Part shown: one piece after another, positions 30,872 through 40,221 of the stretch
Position numbering within the stretch: the first letter of the stretch is position 1
Layout: every line of letters starts with the position of its first letter
NCBI GenBank assembly: GCA_048882325.1
Contig: JBHLRS010000019.1
Location: 1 to 60,074 of the forward strand
Reading direction: 5' to 3'
DNA length: 60,074 nucleotides
Source of the DNA: Candidatus Thorarchaeota archaeon
GTDB lineage: Archaea > Asgardarchaeota > Thorarchaeia > Thorarchaeales > Thorarchaeaceae
Program-made: the position numbers and the translations under genes
Notes under the pieces: generated by a model
Told to the model about the DNA's origin: nothing
What the model saw: the letters and a program-made list of their open reading frames with translations, nothing else
Database searches by the model: none

Positions 30872-31735
30872 GTGGGTCAAATGGAAGAACAAAGCATAGA
30901 ACCAAGTCCAATAATGAAATTCATACAAGACTATCGAATGAAGATGTTGATTCCCGAACTACTCGTGGTGTTTGGCGTTTGGTATTTCCTACCGGTTCTA
31001 GATTCCTCCTTCAATCCTCTCTATGGCAATGTCTATCAGAACTTTGGTTTCCTTCAATATATTTTCCAACCTCTGTTCTTCTTGCCTAGCGGACTTGTCG
31101 TCTTTGCCACAGCCTTTACACTCCACGGTATCTATCCACTAGACAACTATCATGAGGGTAAAATCACCAAACTACCAAAGGTTGCCGTTCTCATGATTAT
31201 CGTTTCATTGTTCCTTTTGCCCGTATTGGTATTCTTCCAAATGGTAGGATATTATCTCACAGAGATGACAGAGTTCGTCAGCAGAAATCCATTTTGGGAA
31301 CGCATTGAGAGCTTTGGAGACCTCCTTTTCTATGCAGGACCTATGTTCTTTGTTGGTCTGCAGTGGTGGCTATTCATTCCTGTTTTCTTCCTATCTCAGG
31401 GAGTAGATGGCATTCACAAGATTGCGCATCACGAAACCTCAAGTGAAACGATCACTTGGATTTTCTACTTCCTCTGGCCGATTTCAATGCCTTTCTTCTT
31501 TGACCCCGTTGAGATTACAGCAATGGTTGCATTATCAATTCCTGCGTTTGCATTCTACTCCTACATTCGTCCATACTACACCTTTGTGACTGCAATCCAT
31601 ACATTCACTTTCGCAGTACTTCTCTTAGTGACCACGTTTCTAGTTTTACTAGCACCAATGCTACCACTGATGAATATCTGGTTCCCTAATTTCATTCCAC
31701 CTCATATTCCACCAAGAATCCCCTTGCCATTCTGA
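30872..31735 (+). CDS. Uncharacterised polytopic membrane protein
   Basis: Several Phe/Leu-rich helices and a Pro-rich C-terminus; start could be ATG 30881. Confidence 0.65.
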   Translation: MGQMEEQSIEPSPIMKFIQDYRMKMLIPELLVVFGVWYFLPVLDSSFNPLYGNVYQNFGFLQYIFQPLFFLPSGLVVFATAFTLHGIYPLDNYHEGKITKLPKVAVLMIIVSLFLLPVLVFFQMVGYYLTEMTEFVSRNPFWERIESFGDLLFYAGPMFFVGLQWWLFIPVFFLSQGVDGIHKIAHHETSSETITWIFYFLWPISMPFFFDPVEITAMVALSIPAFAFYSYIRPYYTFVTAIHTFTFAVLLLVTTFLVLLAPMLPLMNIWFPNFIPPHIPPRIPLPF

Positions 31736-31813
31736 ATATAACTATCTACGTTTCAAGTGTCTTCATAACAGTGTCCTGAAAGGCAAGCTCTTTGGGAATG
31801 TGTCCCGCTAGTA

Positions 31814-33532
31814 CTAAACATGTCGTTTCATCTGACTTCGTCTTCGAATGACCTTATTGCAAGAATGTACTGCTGGGCATCCGTCGCACAGGTCTGGGAC
31901 ATCTTCAACAGTCTGGTCTTCACCATAGAGCAAGAATTGCTCAGCTACTGAGGAGTCAACTGAAGAGGTCACTTCTTCCTCACCAGTCTTTCGTTTTACC
32001 ATACACTTGTGTTTTCTGAGTTTCTCGCTGAGATCCTCGATATCACCAGAAACGATCACCGCAGTTGGTCCAACCTTCCTTACAATCTGTGCAGTGAAAT
32101 CCGGAATCAACATCAGATCTTCGAGGTCCTGTTCATTCGTAGTTTCAAATAGAGTGACATCAGATATTGTTGTGAATGTGGTCTGTGATGTCCAATCTGT
32201 TATCGACCTGACCACATTCCGCGGAATCGGTTTGTTGCTCTCCTTCTCCAAGAAACCTAGAATGTCATCTTCTCGAAGTCCTATCTCTATAGCTTCGAAC
32301 ACTGATTTATCTGAGATCTTGAACGTACTCACCACATCTGTTTGGATGGGCTCTGTAATTAGCATTAGACGATAGAGATTCTGATACTCCATCTCACTTG
32401 TAAAAACAGTCACCTCGAAATTAGGTAGCACAAGAAAGGTATCCCTTTCTTCAGGTCTTTGGAGTGGTACTCCTTTGAGAACATTCTCGCCAACATCAGT
32501 CAACCTGACTGCGAGAAGTTTCTTCCCTCGATAGGCACCTTCAATGAGGCCTAAAAGAAGCGGGGTTTCAAGTGAGAGTTGAACTCTGTCGTCATCAACC
32601 TGTATCCATTTCAGCTGTTGATTCTCAATGAAAAGTTCACTTCTAATCCAATCTCGAAGCTCCTCAATGCTGACCCAGTCCTCACTAGTGCTCTCTCTTA
32701 ACCTGCATATTGCAAGATTCAGTGTGTATTCAGTTGGTTGGTCCGGAGTTGCCCAGATTGCTCTTGTTCTCCCAAGTTGGGATAGCAATAGACGTCGTGC
32801 TACATGACGATGCTCCCCTGCAAAAAGCACATGAATCTTTGAAGGGACTACTCTATCACCTTCTGCAACGGAGTAGGCACCCATCTTTCGAGCCATTTTT
32901 TGAACTAGTTCAAACCTTTCGTCGGTAGATTTTGACATTGGCTCTTTGATGTTGTCGATCTCTCTTCTCGGGAATTCCCATGCACTTGTCAGATGGACTT
33001 CATGTTTTGCTAAATAGGACACGAGAAGGAGCATATCGATGAGCAATGTGTCTCGTTCATTTACAATGTTCTTCACTTTCTTTGGTTTTTCAGGTTGTGG
33101 TCTTGGTTTTGCTTCAAAGAATTCTATGAGATGAGGAATGAAGAAATTCAGTATCTTAAACTCTGCAACCTCTCTTCCAAATTCTGTCAAGCGTGACATC
33201 ATTCTTCGAATTATGATACCTTTCTTCCGAAGGTCTCGCTCAGTTTGGTTAAGCTGACCATAGCTGTAAATCTTTCTGAAAGGTTTGAGTCGGTCATAAC
33301 TCATTGCTCCGCCACTCAGTGTTAGGACTCCAAGTAGGTCTCGCTCTAAAGGTGTAAAACTAGAGAAAATTCTCTTGCGTTCTTCAGGATCTCTCATCCT
33401 CTCTGCAAGCATTTTGATGAGGGATTCTCCACTGTCCTTTCCAGTGACATCTATGGACCAATACTGACATGCAACGATCAAGTCCTCTCTAAGGATATGC
33501 TCGAGTTCTTTTTCCAAGGTTTCTTTTGCCAT
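31814..33532 (-). CDS. XPB-associated protein with Helicase_C_3 domain (p52/Tfb2-like), no helicase motifs
   Basis: FLVLPNFEV...FKISDKSVFEAIEIGL..DILGFLEKESNKPIPRNVVRSITDW matches the XPB-NTD/p52 clutch fold; C-terminal CDGCPAVHSC; start moved to ATG 33532. Confidence 0.78.
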   Translation of the reverse strand: MAKETLEKELEHILREDLIVACQYWSIDVTGKDSGESLIKMLAERMRDPEERKRIFSSFTPLERDLLGVLTLSGGAMSYDRLKPFRKIYSYGQLNQTERDLRKKGIIIRRMMSRLTEFGREVAEFKILNFFIPHLIEFFEAKPRPQPEKPKKVKNIVNERDTLLIDMLLLVSYLAKHEVHLTSAWEFPRREIDNIKEPMSKSTDERFELVQKMARKMGAYSVAEGDRVVPSKIHVLFAGEHRHVARRLLLSQLGRTRAIWATPDQPTEYTLNLAICRLRESTSEDWVSIEELRDWIRSELFIENQQLKWIQVDDDRVQLSLETPLLLGLIEGAYRGKKLLAVRLTDVGENVLKGVPLQRPEERDTFLVLPNFEVTVFTSEMEYQNLYRLMLITEPIQTDVVSTFKISDKSVFEAIEIGLREDDILGFLEKESNKPIPRNVVRSITDWTSQTTFTTISDVTLFETTNEQDLEDLMLIPDFTAQIVRKVGPTAVIVSGDIEDLSEKLRKHKCMVKRKTGEEEVTSSVDSSVAEQFLLYGEDQTVEDVPDLCDGCPAVHSCNKVIRRRSQMKRHV

Positions 33533-33696
33533 AGTCATTACCGACCGAAAACTGTCAGTTGCAAACATGCGCCCAGCTTTTGAGCATTTAAGGAGCTTTT
33601 GGTTTTGTCATATTATATGCCCAAAAAGCAGAAAGCTCTGAAGGAAAAAGAAACACCCTTATCTTCACATGATATGATTCGATTCTGGGTGAAAAC

Positions 33697-34809
33697 TTGG
33701 ACCCGGTTCTTTGGAGTGTGAAATACAGACCCAAAATGTGGAGTGACTTTGTTGGTAAAGATAATACGATTAGTCAACTGAAGTCTCTTGCGGATTCTAG
33801 CGTTTTCACAAACATGATTTTCTACGGTCCAGCAGGAACAGGGAAGACAGCAGCTGCTCATATTTTCTCTAAAGAAATTCTTGGAGAGAGTTTTGGCGCT
33901 AACTTCAAGATACTGAACATCCGTGATGTGTGGGATATTCCTGTTACACAGGCAAAACGGTCAGTGCAGGATCTTGCAAAGCTAGGACGTGACAAGCGAT
34001 CCGAACTTGATGAGTATATCTCAGTTGTCTATCGAGAGGCTAAAGCGGCTAGAAAAACTCGTGGAAAATCTGGTGATCCGACAAGAAATGAACTATTATC
34101 TGAAGCAATACGCTTCTTTTCTTCAACTGCGACAGTCACTGATGAGAAGATAAAGATCTTAGTTCTCGATGAAGCAGACGCACTCACATGGAGTATGCAA
34201 CAAGCACTTCGCCGAACGATGGAGCTCTACAGTGATACTTGTAGATTCATTCTCATCACTCCTACACTCTCAGGATGGAGTCCTGCAATCATTTCACGGT
34301 CTCTCACATTGAGCTTCCCAGCAGCGCCTGATGATGCTGTTCAAAAACTGGTTGCAGAGATAGCTGCTAAAGAAAATGTCAACATTGACGATACTGCTCT
34401 CATAGCTATTGCTCGAGAATCTGAGGGAGATCTTCGTCGTGCAATCAATTTGCTTCAAATAGCCTCGACTGCGAGTGAGCATGTGACAGAGGATAGTGTC
34501 TATGAATACTCTGAAACCCAATTGACTGCGAGAGCGCGAAACATCGTGACCCTAACCTTGGATGGACAGTTTGTACCTGCGAGGAAAGAAATCAAGAACT
34601 TAGTCGCTATTGATGGTTATTCCCCTCAAGAGGTCTGCCTTGAGATCGAACGAGATTTGGTGAAACGGCCATTCACACCTGAGGTCCTCTGCAAGCTCCT
34701 CGATAGAGTCGCTGAGATGGACTATCGTCTTCTGCAAGGGAAGAACGCGTTTGTACATCTTGGTGCATTGTTGGCCTCTATTCGAGCAATCGCAGCTGAA
34801 GAAACCTAA
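33697..34809 (+). CDS. Replication factor C small subunit paralogue with an internal insertion
   Basis: WSVKYRP, GPAGTGKT, LDEADALT..QQALRRTME, IISRS, GDLRRAINLLQ. Confidence 0.88.
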   Translation: MDPVLWSVKYRPKMWSDFVGKDNTISQLKSLADSSVFTNMIFYGPAGTGKTAAAHIFSKEILGESFGANFKILNIRDVWDIPVTQAKRSVQDLAKLGRDKRSELDEYISVVYREAKAARKTRGKSGDPTRNELLSEAIRFFSSTATVTDEKIKILVLDEADALTWSMQQALRRTMELYSDTCRFILITPTLSGWSPAIISRSLTLSFPAAPDDAVQKLVAEIAAKENVNIDDTALIAIARESEGDLRRAINLLQIASTASEHVTEDSVYEYSETQLTARARNIVTLTLDGQFVPARKEIKNLVAIDGYSPQEVCLEIERDLVKRPFTPEVLCKLLDRVAEMDYRLLQGKNAFVHLGALLASIRAIAAEET

Positions 34810-35093
34810 ACCATCGGTTCGAGTGCCTTGTCCACTCTGATCTTATTTTGCAAAGCAGAAACCAGATTCGGGGGTAAATGTTGACGGTTGTAGAGAAATT
34901 CTGCTTTGAGAGTGTCCTCAGTTCTTGAGATCATTTCATTGGCTGCAGCCATAGTGAGCATTCGTCTGACCTGACTAGGTCGACAGTAGCGGCATCTAAA
35001 GGAGATGAATTCAACTGCCTCCTCAATAGACACGGTGTTCCCTCTCTTTCTGAAGAGGTGCGTAAGGATGAGAAGGAGGTCTCTCCCGTTCAT
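34806..35093 (-). CDS. DUF2240-like small archaeal protein
   Basis: LFRKRG..V...E..EFIS...PSQVRRML..A..NEMI...D.L..EF pattern; start ATG 35093 avoids overlap with the next gene. Confidence 0.55.
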   Translation of the reverse strand: MNGRDLLLILTHLFRKRGNTVSIEEAVEFISFRCRYCRPSQVRRMLTMAAANEMISRTEDTLKAEFLYNRQHLPPNLVSALQNKIRVDKALEPMV

Positions 35094-35148
35094 GATTTCG
35101 AAGACCTCCGACAGCCTTTTAGAAGTTGCCGTGTGCAGTGAATCTGAG

Positions 35149-36105
35149 ATGACGAAGCGCCAACTTTCTAGTGTACATGGTCTTTCAATCCATGAACTAG
35201 AACACATGCTTCACAAATCTTGTGAGTTACTTGATGACAGTTTGAAATTGGAGAGGGAGGTCATAGGCGGCTGGTCAAACATTAACATCAGAGGGAAGAC
35301 CACTCAGTTAGACTTCATCTTGAAATTACCTTGGCCACGAAAGCCTGATTCGTCATACTATGAGTATCTTTTTTCCACAAGCAACTTCTTTGCAAAACTG
35401 GGTATTACTGCGCCTCCCATAGCAAATGGTACACTCTCGAACGGACTTCCCTACATCATCTTTGAGTTCTTGGAAGGTGTCACGTACGACATGAATAAGA
35501 AGATCGGAGAACTGTCTGAACACGAAGTGAATCTGCTCAACCAGTGTTTGAGAAAGTTACATAGTCAGAAACCTCTAGTTCTTCGGAGCTACAATTCTCC
35601 TCTTGACTATTTACTTACATATCGAAGTATGGTCGAAACTCATCAGGGTCTTTCAAAGTGTTCAGGTGAAATATCCAATCTGATTCAATCATTTGCTGAG
35701 GTAGAGGAATCAATTCTCGAATATGCTGAACTCCTAGGATCTTGGTCCATGACTGTGATGCATGGTGATTTTTGGCTTCCAAATGTAGTGTTCCTACAGG
35801 AGAAAGCCTTCCTATTGGATTTTGAGGAATGCACCTTTGGAGAGGACAATTATGATTTGGCACGCATGCTTGAGTCTCAGTGGGAAGAAGTCGATATTCC
35901 GCCTGGTCTTTTAGAGGGATATGATGAACCAAGAATCGAGGACCTCAGACCCATCGCACTTGGTTGGATTGTGTGGTGGAACTTTGAGAGGTTATTATCA
36001 ATGGAATCTGATCTGATAGAACCAAACTTGAACAATCCTGAGATTAAGCAAGGTATAATGGACTACACTGAAGTTAAGATTAAGCGTTTGAAAGAATTGA
36101 TTTAA
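35149..36105 (+). CDS. Aminoglycoside phosphotransferase/choline kinase-family protein
   Basis: ILKLP, IIFEFLEG, MHGDFWLPNV, LLDFEE, YDLA; start moved to ATG 35149. Confidence 0.82.
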   Translation: MTKRQLSSVHGLSIHELEHMLHKSCELLDDSLKLEREVIGGWSNINIRGKTTQLDFILKLPWPRKPDSSYYEYLFSTSNFFAKLGITAPPIANGTLSNGLPYIIFEFLEGVTYDMNKKIGELSEHEVNLLNQCLRKLHSQKPLVLRSYNSPLDYLLTYRSMVETHQGLSKCSGEISNLIQSFAEVEESILEYAELLGSWSMTVMHGDFWLPNVVFLQEKAFLLDFEECTFGEDNYDLARMLESQWEEVDIPPGLLEGYDEPRIEDLRPIALGWIVWWNFERLLSMESDLIEPNLNNPEIKQGIMDYTEVKIKRLKELI

Positions 36106-37808
36106 TTGAAGAAATCCTCAGGTGGTGTTTCCCAGATTCTTTCATCCTCAGATGCAATCACATACTGATAGCCTTGTTCTGTCAGGAAAAGTTGTCTCTT
36201 TGCCGCAAAGTCCATGTCTCTGGTGTCCTTTGTGATGAGTGAATAGAATCGAGCAAAGCTTCCATCTGTCTTAGGCCTGAGGATCCTCCCAAGCCGTTGA
36301 GCCTCCTCCTGACGTGATCCAAATGTTCCTGAAACCTGAATCGCAACGTTGGCATCAGGAAGGTCCAGAGCAAAGTTCGCCACTTTAGATACAATTAGTA
36401 TCTTCTCCTCACCTTCTCGGAATGCCTCGTAGAGTCGTTGTCTCTCGTCGTTGTGTGTCTTTCCTGTGATCAATGGTGCCTCAACAGCTTCAGCAATCAG
36501 CTTCAATTGGTCAAGATACATTCCGATGACCAATACATTGTCATTAATATGATAATCGAGCAATTCCTTGATGAGGTCTATCTTCCTTGGATTCTCAGCA
36601 GCAATCCTGTATTTTTTCCTGTCCTCTGCCAAGGCATAGGACCTTCTCATATTGACGGGGAGTTCCATTCGAATCTCATAACAGATTGCTGTCGCAATCC
36701 AACCTTGATCCTCTAACTGTTTCCAGGGCATATCAAACCGCTTTGGACCGATGAGGCTGAACACATCTTCCTCTTTCTCATCCTCCCGGACTAAGGTCGC
36801 TGTTAGTCCAAGTCTTCTTGTGGCTTGAATTGTTGCTGTCACTCGAAATACTGGAGCAGGTAGCAGATGCACCTCATCATAGATAATGAGTCCCCAGTTT
36901 CTTGCCTCAAATATCTGAAAGTGTGGGAACTTGTCCTCTCGCGACTTCCTCCAGGTGAGAATCTGATATGTTGCAACTGTTACTGGTCGTATCTCCTTGT
37001 TGTCCCCAGTGTATTCTCCAATGTCTTCGGGCTTAAGTGTGGTCTTGTCAAGCAGTTCCGCAATCCATTGTCTTACTGCAACAACATTGGGACAGAGAAT
37101 GATTGTTGAGGTCTGGAGCTTGTGCATCGCTCCAATGCCCACCATTGTCTTTCCAGCACCACACGGGAGCACGACAACACCTGACCCTCCCTTTACACCA
37201 CCGCCAGCATAGAAGATTGCAACTGCATCGTCCTGATATGCTCTAAGACCCCATTCTTTCCCTTCAAGTGTTGTTTCTCGAATTTCGAAGGGTAAATGTT
37301 CACCTTCCACATATCCAGCGACATCCTCGACCGGATGTCCAATCTCCAATAATGCATGTTTCAAAAATCCCCGTTGAGCTGGGTCCACACGGATTGTGAC
37401 CCCGTCCACCCTCTCAATGAAGAATTCCTCGAGCTTCTTATTTGCCCAAATCTCATCTGCAAGGTCTTCCTCTTCAGCGAGGAGGAGAAGATCTGGACCC
37501 TCCTTATACAATGAGAGCTGACCATATCTCGACATGTAGTCAATTATCTCTCTTGCGATATTGCTGGGTATTGGATACTTTGCGAACTCCTCAAGAGCTG
37601 CAATCACCTCATTGGGGGTCATTCCCATAGCCGCAGCATTCCAGAGGCTCAGTGGTGTGACACGATAAGTATGAACATACTCTGGACTCTTCACGAGCTC
37701 AGCAAATCTTGCTAGGGAATCACGAGCATCCTCATACAGCGGATTGTCTACCTCTAAAAGAACAGACTTGTCAGACTGGACTATGAGTGGGTTGCTGGGT
37801 TTTGCCAT
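36102..37808 (-). CDS. xpb: XPB/Rad25 SF2 DNA helicase/translocase with N-terminal Helicase_C_3 domain
   Basis: NPLIVQSD...HTYRVTPLSLWNAAA N-terminal domain, LPCGAGKT, DEVH, GLTATLVRED, SRQEEAQRLGRILRPK. Confidence 0.93.
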   Translation of the reverse strand: MAKPSNPLIVQSDKSVLLEVDNPLYEDARDSLARFAELVKSPEYVHTYRVTPLSLWNAAAMGMTPNEVIAALEEFAKYPIPSNIAREIIDYMSRYGQLSLYKEGPDLLLLAEEEDLADEIWANKKLEEFFIERVDGVTIRVDPAQRGFLKHALLEIGHPVEDVAGYVEGEHLPFEIRETTLEGKEWGLRAYQDDAVAIFYAGGGVKGGSGVVVLPCGAGKTMVGIGAMHKLQTSTIILCPNVVAVRQWIAELLDKTTLKPEDIGEYTGDNKEIRPVTVATYQILTWRKSREDKFPHFQIFEARNWGLIIYDEVHLLPAPVFRVTATIQATRRLGLTATLVREDEKEEDVFSLIGPKRFDMPWKQLEDQGWIATAICYEIRMELPVNMRRSYALAEDRKKYRIAAENPRKIDLIKELLDYHINDNVLVIGMYLDQLKLIAEAVEAPLITGKTHNDERQRLYEAFREGEEKILIVSKVANFALDLPDANVAIQVSGTFGSRQEEAQRLGRILRPKTDGSFARFYSLITKDTRDMDFAAKRQLFLTEQGYQYVIASEDERIWETPPEDFFN

Positions 37809-38391
37809 AGTTCTTCATCATCCAATATTACATCATTACATGACCTATTGTCCTATCCGTATGCGGAAAGTGTAGGACGGCCGAACTTAAGAAAAATAAA
37901 TCCTTCCCTATTGACTAGTTTAATTCTCGCGGTGACCGCAACGCCTATATACTTATGACTTTGACCACCAAGTAATTGGTTAACGGAGGTGCAATGAACA
38001 CATGATTGTAATCAGAGTAGAAACTGTAGTAGATTCCTGCACCGACGTTGAGAAAGCCTAGCTGGTTTTCGCTGCTTCTGTGTTCTTGTTCATTCATTCT
38101 ACGCATCATGTATGAATGGTCATTGAGGCACAACGTTTGTTGTGGGTTTAGACTTCTTGCGGTTTGATGTGCTACTAATGTAAGATGCGTGTCGCTCAGC
38201 CGATGAGAGTGAAACAAAAAGTGTATACTAACAAACACAAAGAAAGTAGTTCGCTGAACAAAAGTAATGCGAATTTAGAAAGCAGAAGTTTGGATAAGCA
38301 GAGTCCAAAGAAGCGCAAGGCGCCACTCTTGGAACACATTCCTGGGCTATACCATGGGATCAGACTCTCACCTAGTGAGGTGGCTTAAGAT

Positions 38392-39192
38392 ATGTCACCA
38401 CCTGTAGTAGAGAAGCTGAATCCTCGAAAACCAAGTGCGCTCTCAATCAAGAGAGACGGTCAACGAGGAAACAAGAGAGGTTGGACTGTCGCAATCAATG
38501 AGATCACTCTAGATGAGGTCAGGACTGATGCTGTAAACTTTGGGTTAGCAACTGAAGTCCTTTACCAGATGAACGCTGGAAAGGAGGCATCCATCTATTT
38601 GGCAATCTGGAAAGACTTTCCACTCATCCTGAAGGCTTACAGATTCTGGCAGTCTGCACAAGCGAAGAAGGGCAAAGGGTTCTTTGCTCCAGGAAGGATG
38701 CAGGCCATAGCCGCACGGGAATACGACTTGCTTCTCGCGTGCTTCCACGCTGGAATGAATGTCCCTACTCCCATTGGCAGAGTTGGCAATTATCTCACAA
38801 TGAGATTTATTGGTGACGGGACTGAGCCTGCACCCCAACTGAGAAATGTCCAGTTGGATGAACCCGATCTCGTACTAGATGAGATTCTTGATGACTATCT
38901 AATCATGTATCGAGATGTCAATTATATCCATGGAGACCTCAGTGCTTACAACATATTGTGGTGGGAAGGTCGACCGTGGATTATCGATCTACCTCAGGCC
39001 TATCATGTTGGTCCTTGGGCAGACATGAAACAAGCAGTGGTTCTGCTGCACCGAGACATCGTGAACCTGCTCAGATACTTCAAGAAATATGGAATACGCC
39101 GAGACCCTGATGAAATAGTCAAGGTCTTTCTCTCAGAGTATGTTCCCCACAATCTGAGGAACTATGATGAGACCTTTGTTGGGGGTACTTGA
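38392..39192 (+). CDS. RIO-family atypical Ser/Thr kinase (copy 1)
   Basis: AGKEASIY, ILKAYR, VPTP, HGDLSAYNIL, IIDLPQ; GAGGTG Shine-Dalgarno-like site at 38377. Confidence 0.9.
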   Translation: MSPPVVEKLNPRKPSALSIKRDGQRGNKRGWTVAINEITLDEVRTDAVNFGLATEVLYQMNAGKEASIYLAIWKDFPLILKAYRFWQSAQAKKGKGFFAPGRMQAIAAREYDLLLACFHAGMNVPTPIGRVGNYLTMRFIGDGTEPAPQLRNVQLDEPDLVLDEILDDYLIMYRDVNYIHGDLSAYNILWWEGRPWIIDLPQAYHVGPWADMKQAVVLLHRDIVNLLRYFKKYGIRRDPDEIVKVFLSEYVPHNLRNYDETFVGGT

Positions 39193-40029
39193 ATGAGTCG
39201 AGTCGATAAGTTCAATCCCCTGGCAAAGGGCAGTGCAATCGATCAGAAACGTGATGAGATACGTGGTGGCACCTGCGGGAAGGCTGAGATTGGTGAACCA
39301 AGATTCCAAGAAATCCGTCAGGATGCAATTAATTATGGACTTGCAACCGATGTGCTTCACCCAATTAGTGCAGGCAAGGAAGCATCGATTTATCTAGCAC
39401 TTTGGAAGGAACATCCCATCATTCTGAAAGCTTACAGACTCTGGTCTACACCCCACAAGTTGTCAATGACAAAAGGGCACATCCGGGAGTCCAGTGGGAA
39501 AAAGACTCGATGGATCCTCGGGTTGATTGAGGACGTTGCAGTAGCTGAGTTCGATGTCCTCCAGAACTGCTATAGTGCGGGCGTGAGAATTCCTACTCCA
39601 ATCTCGCGTGTGGCTAATTACCTGACCATGCGTTTCATTGGAGATGGAGAGACACCAGCTCCTCAATTGAGAGATGTGGAGTTGGAGAACCCTGAGGCAG
39701 TGATGAATGAGATCCTCGATCAATACCTGAAGATGTATAGTGAGGCTCATTACACCCATGGTGACCTCAGCGCTTACAACATCCTTTGGTGGATGGACAT
39801 GCCTTGGATCATTGATGTTCCGCAGAGTGAACCAGTCAACAAATGGTCCAACATGAACAAAGTCGAACTTTTCCTTCGTCGTGACATCGAAAACGTTCTC
39901 AAGTACTTTGGCACCTACGGTATTGAACGTGACACGGAACACATCCTCAATGTGTTTCTAGATGCATATATTCCCAGCAATCTGAGGAACTACAGAGAGC
40001 TAAGGAATGAAGGGCTAGAGCTTCTTTAG
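39193..40029 (+). CDS. RIO-family atypical Ser/Thr kinase (copy 2)
   Basis: AGKEASIY, HGDLSAYNIL, IIDVPQ, RDIENVLKYF. Confidence 0.9.
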   Translation: MSRVDKFNPLAKGSAIDQKRDEIRGGTCGKAEIGEPRFQEIRQDAINYGLATDVLHPISAGKEASIYLALWKEHPIILKAYRLWSTPHKLSMTKGHIRESSGKKTRWILGLIEDVAVAEFDVLQNCYSAGVRIPTPISRVANYLTMRFIGDGETPAPQLRDVELENPEAVMNEILDQYLKMYSEAHYTHGDLSAYNILWWMDMPWIIDVPQSEPVNKWSNMNKVELFLRRDIENVLKYFGTYGIERDTEHILNVFLDAYIPSNLRNYRELRNEGLELL

Positions 40030-40116
40030 ATTCTGACGAACTCATTAGGAAGAGACTTGCCTAGAAGCTGGATTTCTGACTCTGTCTTAACAGGGACTAA
40101 AGAAAGAAAAGATAAT

Positions 40117-40141
40117 GGGCCTCAAGCTTGCGGCTGAGGCT
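40117..40141 (-). terminator. GC-rich hairpin with T-tract between convergent genes
   Basis: Minus strand GCCTCAGC-CGCAA-GCTTGAGGC followed by ccattatcttttctttcttt. Confidence 0.5.
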
Positions 40142-40221
40142 CCACATACGACATCATCAATTTGGACGGTTCGTCGGGTTAGACCTACTCTCTTGACGCC
40201 CATGAAGGGCTCCAGATTATT

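Noticed and set aside
33900-34110. RFC insertion as a mini-intein
   Set aside because: No N-terminal Cys/Ser or C-terminal His-Asn splice motifs, and too short
37945-38388. 97-aa and 67-aa ORFs in the xpb-RIO intergenic region
   Set aside because: No recognisable motifs, non-globular composition, and they overlap each other on opposite strands
39190-39195. In-frame TGA junctions (RIO1/RIO2 here; also 22852-22854 and 30866-30868) as possible selenocysteine or readthrough fusions
   Set aside because: Each TGA lies at a natural domain end and not at a Cys-equivalent site, the downstream genes have their own start codons, and no clear SECIS was seen
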